Shown: positions 19,064 to 30,367, counted from the stretch's first letter. The stretch is 64,000 nucleotides of DNA from a virus (IMGVR_UViG_3300025039_000014:32001-96000), one strand, 5' to 3'. Notes: generated from the letters alone by a model not told the origin. Translations and numbers: made by a program.

Positions 19064-19510
19064 CTAGCTCCCTTCTCTAACGATCTTTTGAGGCGTAATT
19101 CCGCACCAGGTGTTCAAGCCCACCAAGTCTGCAAGCTCTTCTGCCGTCGACTCGCAGGCTTTCACAGAGGTCGTGGACTTGATCGAAACGTAGCTACCCA
19201 TGAAGGTGATCGACGTCGGGGTAGCTTTGCTCAAATCTTCGTTCATATCTGGCAGCACGACAGCCTCTGTCTTGACGCAGCGAAACTCTGCGTCCGCGTT
19301 AGGCCCTTTCACATCGCCAACTACCTCGGAAAGCTTGGTCGCAATCTCGACGCAATAATCCTCGTCATCCGCGATTTTATCGCCCTGCAAAACCACGTTG
19401 ATAGGTGGCGTATCGTCAAAAGCGTGGTGCCCTACTATTGTCCATCGAAAATCGGCAAGCGCCGTCGATGAAAAGAGCAAGGTGCTCGCGGCGATTAAAA
19501 ACAACTTCAT
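19064..19510 (-). CDS. secreted protein with internal duplication
   Basis: Signal peptide; CVEIATKLSEVVG and CESTAEELADLVG repeats. Confidence 0.65.
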   Translation of the reverse strand: MKLFLIAASTLLFSSTALADFRWTIVGHHAFDDTPPINVVLQGDKIADDEDYCVEIATKLSEVVGDVKGPNADAEFRCVKTEAVVLPDMNEDLSKATPTSITFMGSYVSIKSTTSVKACESTAEELADLVGLNTWCGITPQKIVREGS

Positions 19511-19610
19511 GATTTCCCCTTTGTCATGACTCGGCTAATCGGCCGGCACTTCTGTGTTATCGGCTGAAACCTAGAATTCTGCTGTTTGCTCGATAGTCCC
19601 CCCACGCTGA

Positions 19611-20933
<1,323 letters not shown>

Positions 20934-20943
20934 TTTGGTCTGT

Positions 20944-20968
20944 GCGCCTGAGTGATCGGGCGCTTTTC
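20944..20968 (+). terminator. terminator after serS
   Basis: GCGCC...GGCGC followed by TTTT. Confidence 0.55.
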
Positions 20969-20999
20969 ACGTTGCGACGTGTAAGGGTTTCGCCCTATA

Positions 21000-21019
21000 G
21001 TAAGTAAATACTTACTTAC
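21000..21019. promoter_or_regulatory. operator copy 6
   Basis: GTAAGTAAATACTTACTTAC overlapping a TATAGT -10 box. Confidence 0.8.
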
Positions 21020-21036
21020 TGCAAGGTAATCTGCGC

Positions 21037-21426
21037 ATGGCCACTCTCTTCTCGAAATCCCCGGTTGCTGATCAGCACGCCAAGACCGCTTTTGATCATG
21101 CCGACAAGGCTATTGCCTCGCTCACCAACGCTCACACAAGCGCCGTGGAGGAAATGGCAACGATCGAAAGTCAGATCGCCGCCCTCGAGGATCGCCGCGC
21201 AGAGTTGACCGTGCGTCGTGACAATATCGGTCGAGTCATCGAGTCGCTGGATAACAGCCTGTTCTTCCAGATGATTCAGGGCGAGGTTTACTCCACGACC
21301 AAGACGCCGTTCGATTTTGTGCCTCCGACGAAACCGGTCAAGCCTATCGACCCGTCCGCAGACCCGATTGGACCGACGCCAGAAGTTCGTCTCTACACCG
21401 ACGCCACGATGACCAAGGAGCTCTGA
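21037..21426 (+). CDS. hypothetical coiled-coil protein
   Basis: 129-aa ORF. Confidence 0.65.
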   Translation: MATLFSKSPVADQHAKTAFDHADKAIASLTNAHTSAVEEMATIESQIAALEDRRAELTVRRDNIGRVIESLDNSLFFQMIQGEVYSTTKTPFDFVPPTKPVKPIDPSADPIGPTPEVRLYTDATMTKEL

Positions 21427-21428
21427 TC

Positions 21429-21626
21429 ATGCGCACCCTGCTCCAAGCCATCGGCCTGTTCTTCCTGTGCCTTAACGCCGTCGTGTTGATTGGAGGCTAC
21501 TTCCTGATCATGCATTTCGGATGGGGCTTGTCTGTCCAGAACTGGAACTGGATCGTGATGGGTCCGATCTCGATCATGATCCTGTCCCTGATCTTCAAGA
21601 CAATCGGGAAAGCCCTGTCGAGATAA
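21429..21626 (+). CDS. small two-TM membrane protein
   Basis: AAGGAG RBS; hydrophobic. Confidence 0.6.
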   Translation: MRTLLQAIGLFFLCLNAVVLIGGYFLIMHFGWGLSVQNWNWIVMGPISIMILSLIFKTIGKALSR

Positions 21627-21670
21627 TATCGAGACAAAGAATCCCCAGCAGAGTTATTAACCTGCTAAAG

Positions 21671-21695
21671 AAAAAGGCGCCTTGTGCGCCTTTTT
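21671..21695. terminator. bidirectional terminator
   Basis: AAAAAGGCGC...GCGCCTTTTT between convergent genes. Confidence 0.8.
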
Positions 21696-22063
21696 CATTC
21701 CTTGGCGTTGTCGCTGCCTGGATCGTTTTCTTTACTCTCTGACTCGCCGTTTTGGGCGCGGGTGATCTCGCTAAGCAGCTGGCGCACGCGGTCAACCGTC
21801 AAGTTTCGCTCGGGCACGACGGTCGACGTATTCATTCGACGAGTCTGGCTCTGCCGGCGCTTCTCTGCCAGCAACCGCTTCTTCTCAAGCATCTTCTCAT
21901 TGAGCATTTTGAGCGCGGTATCGTGACTAATGTGGCGGAGTAGTTCGGACACCACCACCTCGTTGGTCAGCCCGGTGGCCACTGCCAGCTTGCGCAGGTT
22001 CTCATGCGCCTTGGGCTCAAGTTTCAGATTGACGGCAATCTGTTTCGAATCGTTGGTGATCAT
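21695..22063 (-). CDS. putative ribbon-helix-helix DNA-binding protein
   Basis: IAVNLKLEPKAHENLRKLAVATGLTNEVVVSELL. Confidence 0.55.
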   Translation of the reverse strand: MITNDSKQIAVNLKLEPKAHENLRKLAVATGLTNEVVVSELLRHISHDTALKMLNEKMLEKKRLLAEKRRQSQTRRMNTSTVVPERNLTVDRVRQLLSEITRAQNGESESKENDPGSDNAKE

Positions 22064-22077
22064 TCCTACGTCTCTAA

Positions 22078-23676
22078 CTAGCCGGTTGTTATACCCATCG
22101 TCCCGAGATCGAAATCCCGAGGACCATAGACGATATTCTCGTTGAATCCCGGTGTGTTCTGGACGATCGCTAACCGCTCAAGCGAGTGTTGCCGCAAGTG
22201 GTTGTTCGACTGATCAATAAAGTCGATGATCAGCGCCACGTTGGCACCCTGCTTCTTCGCCCGCAGTCCGCGACCGATACGTTGTCTCAGTGCTACTTCT
22301 GCCTTCCCACCACCGGCCAGGATCACGCACCCTACCGCTGGCACGTCCACACCGACATCCATGATCGTCGAGCCAATCAGCACTTGGGTATTGCCGTCAC
22401 GGAGATCGTTGAGCGCATCTTGCCGAGTCTGCTTCGATGATTCGCCGAAGACGAAATTAACCCGAAGGCCGGCTTCGGACATACGTTTTTCGAGCAGTCG
22501 CCCGTGCGCCTTCTGGAGCACCAAGAGCATGACGGGTAAACCGAGCTCGGCAGCACGCAAAGCCTCCTTCACAATTAAGGCATTGCGCGTAGCGTTATAT
22601 ATGATGCCGAGCTTATACGCTCGCTGCCATCCGGTGCCATTCCCCAGCACCGTGCTTTTCACACCAGTCTCATTCATCTGTTTCAGGCCGAGCCTGTCGG
22701 GACTATAACCGACGGTGTGATATCGAAAATAGGGGCGCGCCAAAACACCGCGCTCGATGAGCTCTTTTTCGGTAACGCGAGCCATGACCGGACCCGTGCA
22801 AGCCAGCAGTCGCATGTTGGCTTCCTGGTCGTCCTTCATGAACGGTGTCGCTGTCAGCGCGAGTCTGAAATGCGCGTTGCGACAGGCATCCATGATGGCG
22901 TAATACGAGTTGCCCGAGACCTCGTGCGCTTCTTCCAAGATCACGAATTCGACCATCTCCAGATATTTGAGCGTTGCTGCTCTGACCTTCGCCTGGCGTT
23001 CCTGTTCCGCTTTCGGCTTCGAACGATCCGGCTCCTTGAGCCGCTGCACCAGCGTCTGAACCATTGCCACCGTGACGGCACGACGCGGCGCGAACTCGCC
23101 GTCTCCAATGACGCCGACCTGCTTGCCCTTGAAGAACGTATCGCCGTTGTCCAACTGGAACGTGAACGATTCTTCGAAGGCTCTCTGCATCTGATACATC
23201 AGCACAAATCGGGTGGTGATGAACAGCGTCGGCCGGCGAATCCTCGAGACCGCCATGTTGGCCACCCGACTCTTGCCGCCACCCGTCGCGATCTGCGCGA
23301 TCCCCGCCCCTTCCCGCACTAGCGTGCGCACGACCTTCGGCTGGTAGTCGTATTGAGCGGTGTAGCCGAAACCGTCGATTCGAGGCATGTCCGGGCCGAG
23401 TGCTTCCGGCAGAGGCTTCTGGATCACCTGGGGCACAAAACCGCGTTTCTTGAGCTCTGCGCACAGCGGCTTGGTGAATCCCGCCGGGAACGTCGCATTA
23501 CCCCATTCGAAAAACGTCGAGACGCCATCCCAGTCGTCGTTCCTGGCAGCGTATGAGTATTCCGATCCGGCTGACTTATACGAGGTCAAGGATTGGACAA
23601 TTTCTTTCACCTTGACGCTGTCGTCGACCAGCTTGGCGACCCTGGCATTACGGGCGATTCGAATGATCTGCCCCAT
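22078..23676 (-). CDS. superfamily 2 helicase
   Basis: ATGGGKS, ILEEAH, LTATP, DVGVDVP, QRIGRGLR. Confidence 0.9.
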   Translation of the reverse strand: MGQIIRIARNARVAKLVDDSVKVKEIVQSLTSYKSAGSEYSYAARNDDWDGVSTFFEWGNATFPAGFTKPLCAELKKRGFVPQVIQKPLPEALGPDMPRIDGFGYTAQYDYQPKVVRTLVREGAGIAQIATGGGKSRVANMAVSRIRRPTLFITTRFVLMYQMQRAFEESFTFQLDNGDTFFKGKQVGVIGDGEFAPRRAVTVAMVQTLVQRLKEPDRSKPKAEQERQAKVRAATLKYLEMVEFVILEEAHEVSGNSYYAIMDACRNAHFRLALTATPFMKDDQEANMRLLACTGPVMARVTEKELIERGVLARPYFRYHTVGYSPDRLGLKQMNETGVKSTVLGNGTGWQRAYKLGIIYNATRNALIVKEALRAAELGLPVMLLVLQKAHGRLLEKRMSEAGLRVNFVFGESSKQTRQDALNDLRDGNTQVLIGSTIMDVGVDVPAVGCVILAGGGKAEVALRQRIGRGLRAKKQGANVALIIDFIDQSNNHLRQHSLERLAIVQNTPGFNENIVYGPRDFDLGTMGITTG

Positions 23677-23714
23677 GTGATTGCTCTCCGTGTGGCGATT
23701 GCCTTACACTGCCT

Positions 23715-23734
23715 GTAAGTAAGTGCTTACTTAC
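23715..23734. promoter_or_regulatory. operator copy 7, in the divergent helicase/ParB promoter region
   Basis: GTAAGTAAGTGCTTACTTAC. Confidence 0.8.
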
Positions 23735-23771
23735 CTTTAATGCGGGAAAAAATGTCCACGCGTAAGTATAA

Positions 23772-24452
23772 GTGAAGACTAACACGATGAGCGAAATCCA
23801 GAAAGTAGACCCTCGGGAACTCCGCAAAAATTCTTGGAATACCAACAAGATGACGGCGGAAAACGAGGAAAAGCTGAGAACCAGCGTCCGGCGCAATGGC
23901 TTGCTCGGCGTGGTGCTGGTTCGAGAGCTGAAAGACGGCTCTATGGAGATCGTCGGCGGCGAACACCGCGTCGATATCGCTATCGAGGACGGTCAGTCAA
24001 CGGTCAACGTCCAAAACCTGGGCAAGATCAGCGATGCTCGCGCCAAGGAAATGATGCTGCTGGACAACGGCCGCTACGGACAGGATGACCCATTCGAACT
24101 GGCCGGCATTCTGGACGAGCTCGCCGCCGGCGGCGACGTGGATCTCTCCACCTTCATGCCCTTCGCCAGCGAGGACATGGACAAGCTGCTAAGCACCACC
24201 GACATCGACCTCGACAGTCTCGATTACCTCGACGAGCCGGACTACACCGGCGTCGAAGTCACCACCGAGAAGCGTGAGTCGAAAGTCCAGTCGCATCAGG
24301 TGCTGCGCTTCAAGGTCACGATGGACGACGCCGCGGCCGTGAAGCGCGTGATCGACAAGATCATGGAGTCACGGGGCTTCACCGAAGAGGACTCGCTGAC
24401 CAACGCCGGTGATGCCCTGGTCTACCTGGCGGGGGAATACGCCAATGAGTAA
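23772..24452 (+). CDS. ParB/Srx N-terminal domain protein 1 (start may be 23787)
   Basis: LRKNSWNTN...LRTSVRRNG...IVGGEHR. Confidence 0.85.
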   Translation: MKTNTMSEIQKVDPRELRKNSWNTNKMTAENEEKLRTSVRRNGLLGVVLVRELKDGSMEIVGGEHRVDIAIEDGQSTVNVQNLGKISDARAKEMMLLDNGRYGQDDPFELAGILDELAAGGDVDLSTFMPFASEDMDKLLSTTDIDLDSLDYLDEPDYTGVEVTTEKRESKVQSHQVLRFKVTMDDAAAVKRVIDKIMESRGFTEEDSLTNAGDALVYLAGEYANE

Positions 24453-25119
24453 CGACCGCGGCGGCCAGGAGATCGTCTACCTCGATCCCAAGACCCTTAT
24501 TCCCTACGAGAACAACGTCAAGCGCCACCCGCGCAAGCACATCGAGGCGCTGAAAGCTCTGATGCTGCGTCACGGCTTCTCGAAGGGAAACCCCATCCAG
24601 GTCGACCGCAACATGGTCATCATCGCTGGACACGGCCGCACGGAAGCCGCGTGCGAGCTTGAGATGCCGGTGGTGCCGGTTGTCATCCGTTCGGACCTGT
24701 CCGACGACGAGGTGAAGCGCTGGCGTCTGGAAGAGAACAAGTCGGTCTCCAACGACTACGACGTGGTCGGCATGAAGGCCGAGATTGCCGATCTACTGGA
24801 TCTCGATGGGCCGTTGGTCGGCTTCGACGAGAAAGAGTGGGCGGTGCTGACCGAAGACCTCACGGCTGACTTCGATGCCGACTCGATGATCGCCGATCTC
24901 GAGGCCGAGATGGAATCCGCCGCGAAGCATCACGACGAGACCACCGAGAAGGCTCGCACCGAACAGGTGGCGATCACCGATCTTCTGGGATTCCGGCATG
25001 TGCCGGCGGCGCAGCAGCGCAAGATCGTCAAGTTCGTGGCGCGCCTCGAAGCTGAAACCGGCAAGACCGGCGCTGATGCCTTCCTGGCTCACATCGATCA
25101 GAGCGAGGGCGCGGCATGA
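24445..25119 (+). CDS. ParB/Srx N-terminal domain protein 2
   Basis: LIPYENNVKRH...IIAGHGRTEA...RLEENK. Confidence 0.85.
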   Translation: MSNDRGGQEIVYLDPKTLIPYENNVKRHPRKHIEALKALMLRHGFSKGNPIQVDRNMVIIAGHGRTEAACELEMPVVPVVIRSDLSDDEVKRWRLEENKSVSNDYDVVGMKAEIADLLDLDGPLVGFDEKEWAVLTEDLTADFDADSMIADLEAEMESAAKHHDETTEKARTEQVAITDLLGFRHVPAAQQRKIVKFVARLEAETGKTGADAFLAHIDQSEGAA

Positions 25120-25754
25120 GCGACATCGTCATCGACAAGCGATTCAGCTCCCGCGTGACGCGCACCGATCGTGTGCTCGAAGTGGCCGAAGCCTTCGGGC
25201 TGGGCCTTGAGGATCGCGAGTTCGTGATCTACGACCAGCTGTCCGTCCAGGTCGAGCGTGGTGATGTCGTCTACATCAACGGGCAGTCCGGTTCCGGCAA
25301 GTCGTTGGCGCTGCGCGAGATCGCTCGCCAGTTGGCCGACCAGGGCATGCGCGTCGCCAACATCGACGAGATCGCCCTGGAAGACGTCCCGTTGATCGAT
25401 CAGATCGGCACCGACACCAACGACGCGGTTCGCCTGCTGTCGCTGGCTGGGCTCAACGATGCCTATCTGCTGGTGCGATCCCCTGCCGAGCTTTCCGATG
25501 GTCAGAAATATCGCTTCCGGCTGGCCAAGGTCATCGAGTCCGGCGCCGACGTGTGGGTCGCCGACGAGTTCTGCGCGGTCTTGGATCGCGAAACCGCAAA
25601 GGTCGTCTCGTTCAACGTCCAGCGCACGGCACGCAAGGCTGGCGCCACGGTGATCGTGGCCACCACCCATACCGACTTGGTAGAAGACCTCAAGCCAAGT
25701 CTGGTGATCGAGAAGTATTACAAGGCCAAAGTCAGCATGGAGAGACCCGCATGA
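25116..25754 (+). CDS. stand-alone ABC-type ATPase
   Basis: GQSGSGKS, LSDGQKYR signature, VADEF Walker B, ATTH; no membrane partner nearby. Confidence 0.9.
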   Translation: MSDIVIDKRFSSRVTRTDRVLEVAEAFGLGLEDREFVIYDQLSVQVERGDVVYINGQSGSGKSLALREIARQLADQGMRVANIDEIALEDVPLIDQIGTDTNDAVRLLSLAGLNDAYLLVRSPAELSDGQKYRFRLAKVIESGADVWVADEFCAVLDRETAKVVSFNVQRTARKAGATVIVATTHTDLVEDLKPSLVIEKYYKAKVSMERPA

Positions 25755-26230
25755 GTGATGCTTCGACAACAGACGGACCCGCTACCGATACCTCTACGGT
25801 CGACCATGCGAAGACCATTCAGATCGTCGAGAAGCGCTGCAAGAAGCACGGTGTGGCGATCGTCACGATCCAGCCGTTCAGTGCGCGCCTGTTCGTGTTC
25901 AGAGGTCTCGATACCTACAGCGACAAGCTCAAGGCGATCTTCGGCGTCGAGACGCAGATGGGCTGCATCCTGCAAGACCTGAACGTCGGTGGTTTCTTCG
26001 GCTCCGAGTTGGACGTCAACGGCTGCCCGATTCTGGTGCTGGCGATCGATGGCACGACGAAATACCCGGAAGAAGCCATCTGGCACGAAGCGCTGCACGC
26101 GACCTTCGTCATCCTGGACCTCTACGGGGTCGAGTTCGACGTCGATAACCACGAAATCTACACCTACACCCAGGGCTACATCGTCAGTCAGATTCGCCAG
26201 CAACTCTACGGGCGAGAGTCGTTTCGATGA
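25751..26230 (+). CDS. HEXXH zincin-like hypothetical protein
   Basis: IWHEALH...HEIYTY; ATGA overlaps on both sides. Confidence 0.65.
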   Translation: MSDASTTDGPATDTSTVDHAKTIQIVEKRCKKHGVAIVTIQPFSARLFVFRGLDTYSDKLKAIFGVETQMGCILQDLNVGGFFGSELDVNGCPILVLAIDGTTKYPEEAIWHEALHATFVILDLYGVEFDVDNHEIYTYTQGYIVSQIRQQLYGRESFR

Positions 26231-27132
26231 TCCCGAATGACGTCGCGATCCGCCGGCCGGCCGCCTCTGAGTGGTCGGAGGGCTTCTCGTTGCTGTCGCG
26301 AATGGTCCTCGAGCGCGGCACCCGCGAAGACTGGCTGGCGCTGCACGATCTTCACTACAAGACCGAGACTGACTCCTTCGGCCAGACCTACTACCGCTGC
26401 ACGCTCGACGGCACGCTGATCGGCGTGGTCGTCACGGCCTACCCGAAGCTGTTGCTGGAACCGCGTCATCGCATGTTCCCGAAGATCAAGCCGACCGGCG
26501 GCTCCAAGCTCACCAATACGGCGCGGGCGAAGTTCGTGAATGACCTGTTCGCGATCGTCAACCGCTCGGTCGTTGACACGCTCTACCGCGGTGTCGGCGT
26601 CTCCTATCGGATGCTCAACCTGGCCGCCCGGATGCATCCACGCCAGGTGGTGGAGATCCAATCGGCCATGTCGAAATTCTCGCCCTTCGCCATGAAGGCA
26701 GGGTTCCTCTTCGCCAAGCCGATCCCGAACAAGAACTACGCCAAAGGCGTAGCGATGGTCACTCGTTTCTTCGATAGCCATCCGATGGACACCGTCGGCC
26801 TGCTCGAAGAGATCGACGCCATGCCGGACTCGCTCAAGCTCAAGACCCTGCGTGAGCTCACGGCGTTCTATTACAAGTGCTCGGCGCTTGAGAAGACCGG
26901 TCGCAACCTGGGTCGCGGCCTGGCTGACCTGGATTACGAGCCTGCCGAGCTGATCGCCAAGATTCAGGGACTGATCTTCGCCTCCCCGCTCTATGGCGCC
27001 TATCGCAATCCTGACTTTGGCCGTGCGCTGCCCGACCGGCTACCGCTGGCCGCGTTCGATCTCCAAAGTCCCAACGAACCGCTGAACCTCGCTGCCCTGG
27101 AAACCCTGATTGGAAGCGTCCCCGATGAGTGA
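26227..27132 (+). CDS. GNAT-fold (Mom-like) acyltransferase
   Basis: LHY, RSVVDTLYRGVG (acyl-CoA binding motif A), KAGF (motif B). Confidence 0.75.
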   Translation: MIPNDVAIRRPAASEWSEGFSLLSRMVLERGTREDWLALHDLHYKTETDSFGQTYYRCTLDGTLIGVVVTAYPKLLLEPRHRMFPKIKPTGGSKLTNTARAKFVNDLFAIVNRSVVDTLYRGVGVSYRMLNLAARMHPRQVVEIQSAMSKFSPFAMKAGFLFAKPIPNKNYAKGVAMVTRFFDSHPMDTVGLLEEIDAMPDSLKLKTLRELTAFYYKCSALEKTGRNLGRGLADLDYEPAELIAKIQGLIFASPLYGAYRNPDFGRALPDRLPLAAFDLQSPNEPLNLAALETLIGSVPDE

Positions 27133-27418
27133 ATACCGCATGACCCAGAAGCAGCTCCAGATCATCACCGCGATCCACGAGCACCAGAAGAACCACAAGC
27201 AGGACATCGACCTGGATCAGCTGCTGGGCTCTCTGCCCTACGAGACGACCAAGGAATCGATGCAGTTCAGCCTGCGAGCCCTGATCAAGAAGGGTCTGCT
27301 GGCGAAGGTAGGCGACGCCGTGATTCGTCGTGGACGGGCTCGTCGGACCTATCGGCTGACGCTGATGGCCAAGGAAATGTTCCGGCTGGGGTCAGAAAAA
27401 TCACACACACCAGCTTAA
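27125..27418 (+). CDS. winged-helix DNA-binding protein
   Basis: TQKQLQII...DLDQLL...SMQFSLRALIKKGLL...RRTYRLT. Confidence 0.75.
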   Translation: MSEYRMTQKQLQIITAIHEHQKNHKQDIDLDQLLGSLPYETTKESMQFSLRALIKKGLLAKVGDAVIRRGRARRTYRLTLMAKEMFRLGSEKSHTPA

Positions 27419-28108
27419 AGTATTGATACAATCGGCAGAAGCTGTGCCAAGCAAATATCACTGATACCACCGATAAAACTCATACCACCGAACGCCCACT
27501 CGACACCGATATCACCGACTCCCCGCGACTCACACCTGCCGACATGACCGCTATCACCTGGCTTCACCTCCGCTAAGACCGACTGCACGCGATACCCAGG
27601 TTCAAGACCGAGACCACCGAGACAACCGATCGCTGACAGACCGCGCTGAAAGCGCAACGACGACGCACTGAACGAACCGACAGTCACCCGGCGCCACGAT
27701 CACCGATATCACCGCCCTATTCCGACGGCCAAGAGATCCGACCATCCCCAGAATGGTCCCAGGTGGGAAGCGAGTCCGGTATGTGTCCGCATCATGTTCT
27801 GGAAATTCAGGTCGGTCCCGTCCGACAAGGTCAATATCTATCGGCCTCATTGGCACAAACTCTCCAGACATAGAGCGCAGTTGGCGCGAAAAATCGTCGT
27901 CTGGGAGACGGGGAAGTTGCGCCTTCTCCCTTTGTGCGTTTCTGGCGAAAAATTCTGAGAGCACAGGATAACGCGAAATAATGCTTTCTAATCAATGCTT
28001 TACAGAGAAAACGCAACCCCGCTCATCCGAGGATATTGGGATCAAAAACACCCCTTCATCCGAGGCATCCAAATTCTCTCTAAAGTATTGTTTTGAAACG
28101 AGAAAAGA

Positions 28109-28157
28109 GTTTTTAGCTCCGATGCCTCAGTCCCTCTATAAATACACTCTCAAAACA
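28109..28157 (-). repeat. dispersed element, copy C (inverted, divergent)
   Basis: Reverse complement reads TGTATTTATAGAGGGACTGAGGCATCGGAGCTAAAAAC. Confidence 0.7.
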
Positions 28158-28182
28158 AGAACCCCTAAAAACAGAATATTCA

Positions 28183-28240
28183 GTTTACGCAAAGTTAACG
28201 CGTAAACGTAAACGAAAAACCATCTGATATACGCGTAAAA
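28183..28240. promoter_or_regulatory. GTTTACGC...GCGTAAAC inverted repeat and TTTACGCGT boxes upstream of terS
   Basis: 28194-28207 is the exact reverse complement of 17516-17529. Confidence 0.6.
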
Positions 28241-28459
28241 ATTCGGCCAGCGCGGGCCGCCGACCCTGACGACGGGAAACCTCGGAACGGATCGGAACCT
28301 GGCGGCGACCACCCGCCCAATGACTCTCTGAAAATCTGATCTTCGTGCCCCTGCTCAAATTTGCGTTCTAAGCGACGATATCGCTCCGATCCACCCCGAC
28401 ATACAGGGTAGCTTCGGAAAATCGCTGAGAACGCATCCCTGATCGATTGGGAGCGATTT

Positions 28460-29104
28460 ATGAGCGACACGAAGACTGCACGAAAGCGAATGTCTCCGAG
28501 CCAGTGGGCAGAAGCGCGTGCGATGTGGGCGTCGGGCGAGTTCACGCTGGAACAGATCGCCGAGAAATACGGCGTCGCCCGCGAAACCCTGTCGCGCCGG
28601 TTCGCCAAGGACGGGGTCAAGAAGGGTCAGAGCCAGATCGATCGCAAGGTCGAGCAGGAGCTGATCGAGAAAGCCGTCCAGGCTGCCGACAAGTGGGCGG
28701 AGCGCGGCGAACAAGCCCGCGAATCGTTCTTCAAGATGAACAAGATGGTCGTCGCGCTGACCGGCAAGGTCTTGCAAGACGCGATCGCCGGGGGCAAGGG
28801 GCTCTACACCGCCCAGGCCGACCTCAAGGCACTCCAGATGACATCGATCATTCTGGAGAAGACTCGGGCGAATCAGTGGGCCGTCGTGGGTCTCGACAAG
28901 GAAACCGACAACGACGACGAAATCCCCCAGCTGCTGGTGCGCACGCTGACCCCGGATCAGGTCGTCGAACTCCAGCGCATGCAGCATCAGGTAACGCCGG
29001 AAGACGAGATCGAGGTCGGCGACGCCGAACCCTACCTCGAAGACATCGATGTTCTCGATGACGAAGACGACGATGCGGTTATCGTCGAAGAGGCCGACGA
29101 CTAA
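28460..29104 (+). CDS. terS: terminase small subunit
   Basis: N-terminal HTH (TLEQIAEKYGVARETLSRRF); directly upstream of terL. Confidence 0.8.
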   Translation: MSDTKTARKRMSPSQWAEARAMWASGEFTLEQIAEKYGVARETLSRRFAKDGVKKGQSQIDRKVEQELIEKAVQAADKWAERGEQARESFFKMNKMVVALTGKVLQDAIAGGKGLYTAQADLKALQMTSIILEKTRANQWAVVGLDKETDNDDEIPQLLVRTLTPDQVVELQRMQHQVTPEDEIEVGDAEPYLEDIDVLDDEDDDAVIVEEADD

Positions 29105-30339
29105 TGGCCGCCGTCATCGATCTCAGCCTTCACGACAAGCAGATGGAAGTCTTCTCCGACCCGGCGCGATTCAAGGTCGTCGTGGCCGGCCGGCGCTGGG
29201 GCAAGTCTCGTCTGTCGCTGACCTCGATGCTGCGCGCCGCCCGGATGCCCCGCTCTCGGGTCTGGTATATCGCGCCGACCTTCCGCATGGCCAAGCAGAT
29301 CATGTGGGACGAGCTGCTGGAGATGATCCCCAAGCAGTGGGTCAGGAAGACCAACCACTCGACCCTTACGGTGGTGCTCAAGAACAAGACCGAAATCTCG
29401 CTCAAGGGTGCCGACCGCCCCGATACCCTGCGCGGTGTCGCGCTGAACTACGTGGTCCTCGACGAATTTCAGGACATGAAGGCCGACGTCTGGGTCAAGG
29501 TGCTTCGCCCGACGCTGTCGTCAACCGGCGGACACGCACTGATCATCGGCACCCCGAAGGCGTTCAACTACCTCTACGAGCTGTGGAAGCTCGGTCAGGA
29601 TGGCCGCTCGAAGCAGTGGAAGTCCTGGCAGTTCGAAACCGCCTCATCGCCCTTCATCCCGGCATCCGAAATCGAAGCAGCCCGCGAGGACATGGACCCC
29701 AAGTCGTTCGCACAGGAATACCTGGCGAGCTTCGCCACCATGTCGGGCCGAGTCTACTACCCGTTCGATCGCATGGAGCATGTCGGCACCTATGCGTTCA
29801 ACCCCGCCCTGCCGATCTGGGTGGGCCAGGATTTCAACATCGACCCGATGTCCTCGGTGGTCATGCAGCCGCAGAGCAACGGCGATATCTGGATCGTCGA
29901 CGAGATGATTTTGCCATCCTCGAATACGGCCGAAGTGTGTGACGAGCTGGAGCGCAAGTTCTGGCGCTGGCAGTCCAATTTGACGGTTTACCCCGATCCA
30001 GCCGGAGGCCAGCGCCAACACGCCCGCGGCGAAACCGATATGGACATCTTTCGGGAACGCGGCTTCAAGCGGCTCAAATACAAGCGCCGGCACCCGGCGA
30101 TCGCCGACCGCGTCAACGCGGTCAACTCGATGCTGATGAGTGCATCCGGCCAGGTTCGCCTGCGCGTGGACGCGAGCTGCCGTCAAACGATCTCGGCCTT
30201 CGAACAGACGCTTTACAAGCCAGGCAGTCGGGACATCGACAAGGCCGCCGGTGTGGAGCACCCGGCCGATGCGCTGGGCTACTGCATCGACCTCGAACGT
30301 CCGGTGCGGAAATTCAAGCCGATGGGCGCTTCTTTCTGA
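29104..30339 (+). CDS. terL: terminase large subunit
   Basis: AGRRWGKS, LRG, VVLDE, IGTP, GQDFN, HPADALGY. Confidence 0.95.
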   Translation: MAAVIDLSLHDKQMEVFSDPARFKVVVAGRRWGKSRLSLTSMLRAARMPRSRVWYIAPTFRMAKQIMWDELLEMIPKQWVRKTNHSTLTVVLKNKTEISLKGADRPDTLRGVALNYVVLDEFQDMKADVWVKVLRPTLSSTGGHALIIGTPKAFNYLYELWKLGQDGRSKQWKSWQFETASSPFIPASEIEAAREDMDPKSFAQEYLASFATMSGRVYYPFDRMEHVGTYAFNPALPIWVGQDFNIDPMSSVVMQPQSNGDIWIVDEMILPSSNTAEVCDELERKFWRWQSNLTVYPDPAGGQRQHARGETDMDIFRERGFKRLKYKRRHPAIADRVNAVNSMLMSASGQVRLRVDASCRQTISAFEQTLYKPGSRDIDKAAGVEHPADALGYCIDLERPVRKFKPMGASF

Positions 30340-30347
30340 CCTATGGA

Positions 30348-30367
30348 GTAAGTAAGTATTTACTTAC
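30348..30367. promoter_or_regulatory. operator copy 8
   Basis: GTAAGTAAGTATTTACTTAC between terL and portal. Confidence 0.8.

Noticed and set aside
23772-25119. ParB genes as a plasmid partition system
   Set aside because: Only ParB N-terminal domains are recognisable, there is no parA, and they are operonic with the ABC ATPase and GNAT.
25116-25754. ABC transporter
   Set aside because: No permease or substrate-binding protein nearby.
28137-28144. T4-type late promoter TATAAATA upstream of terS
   Set aside because: No gp55-like sigma factor in the window, and the other two copies of the element face antisense to neighbouring genes.
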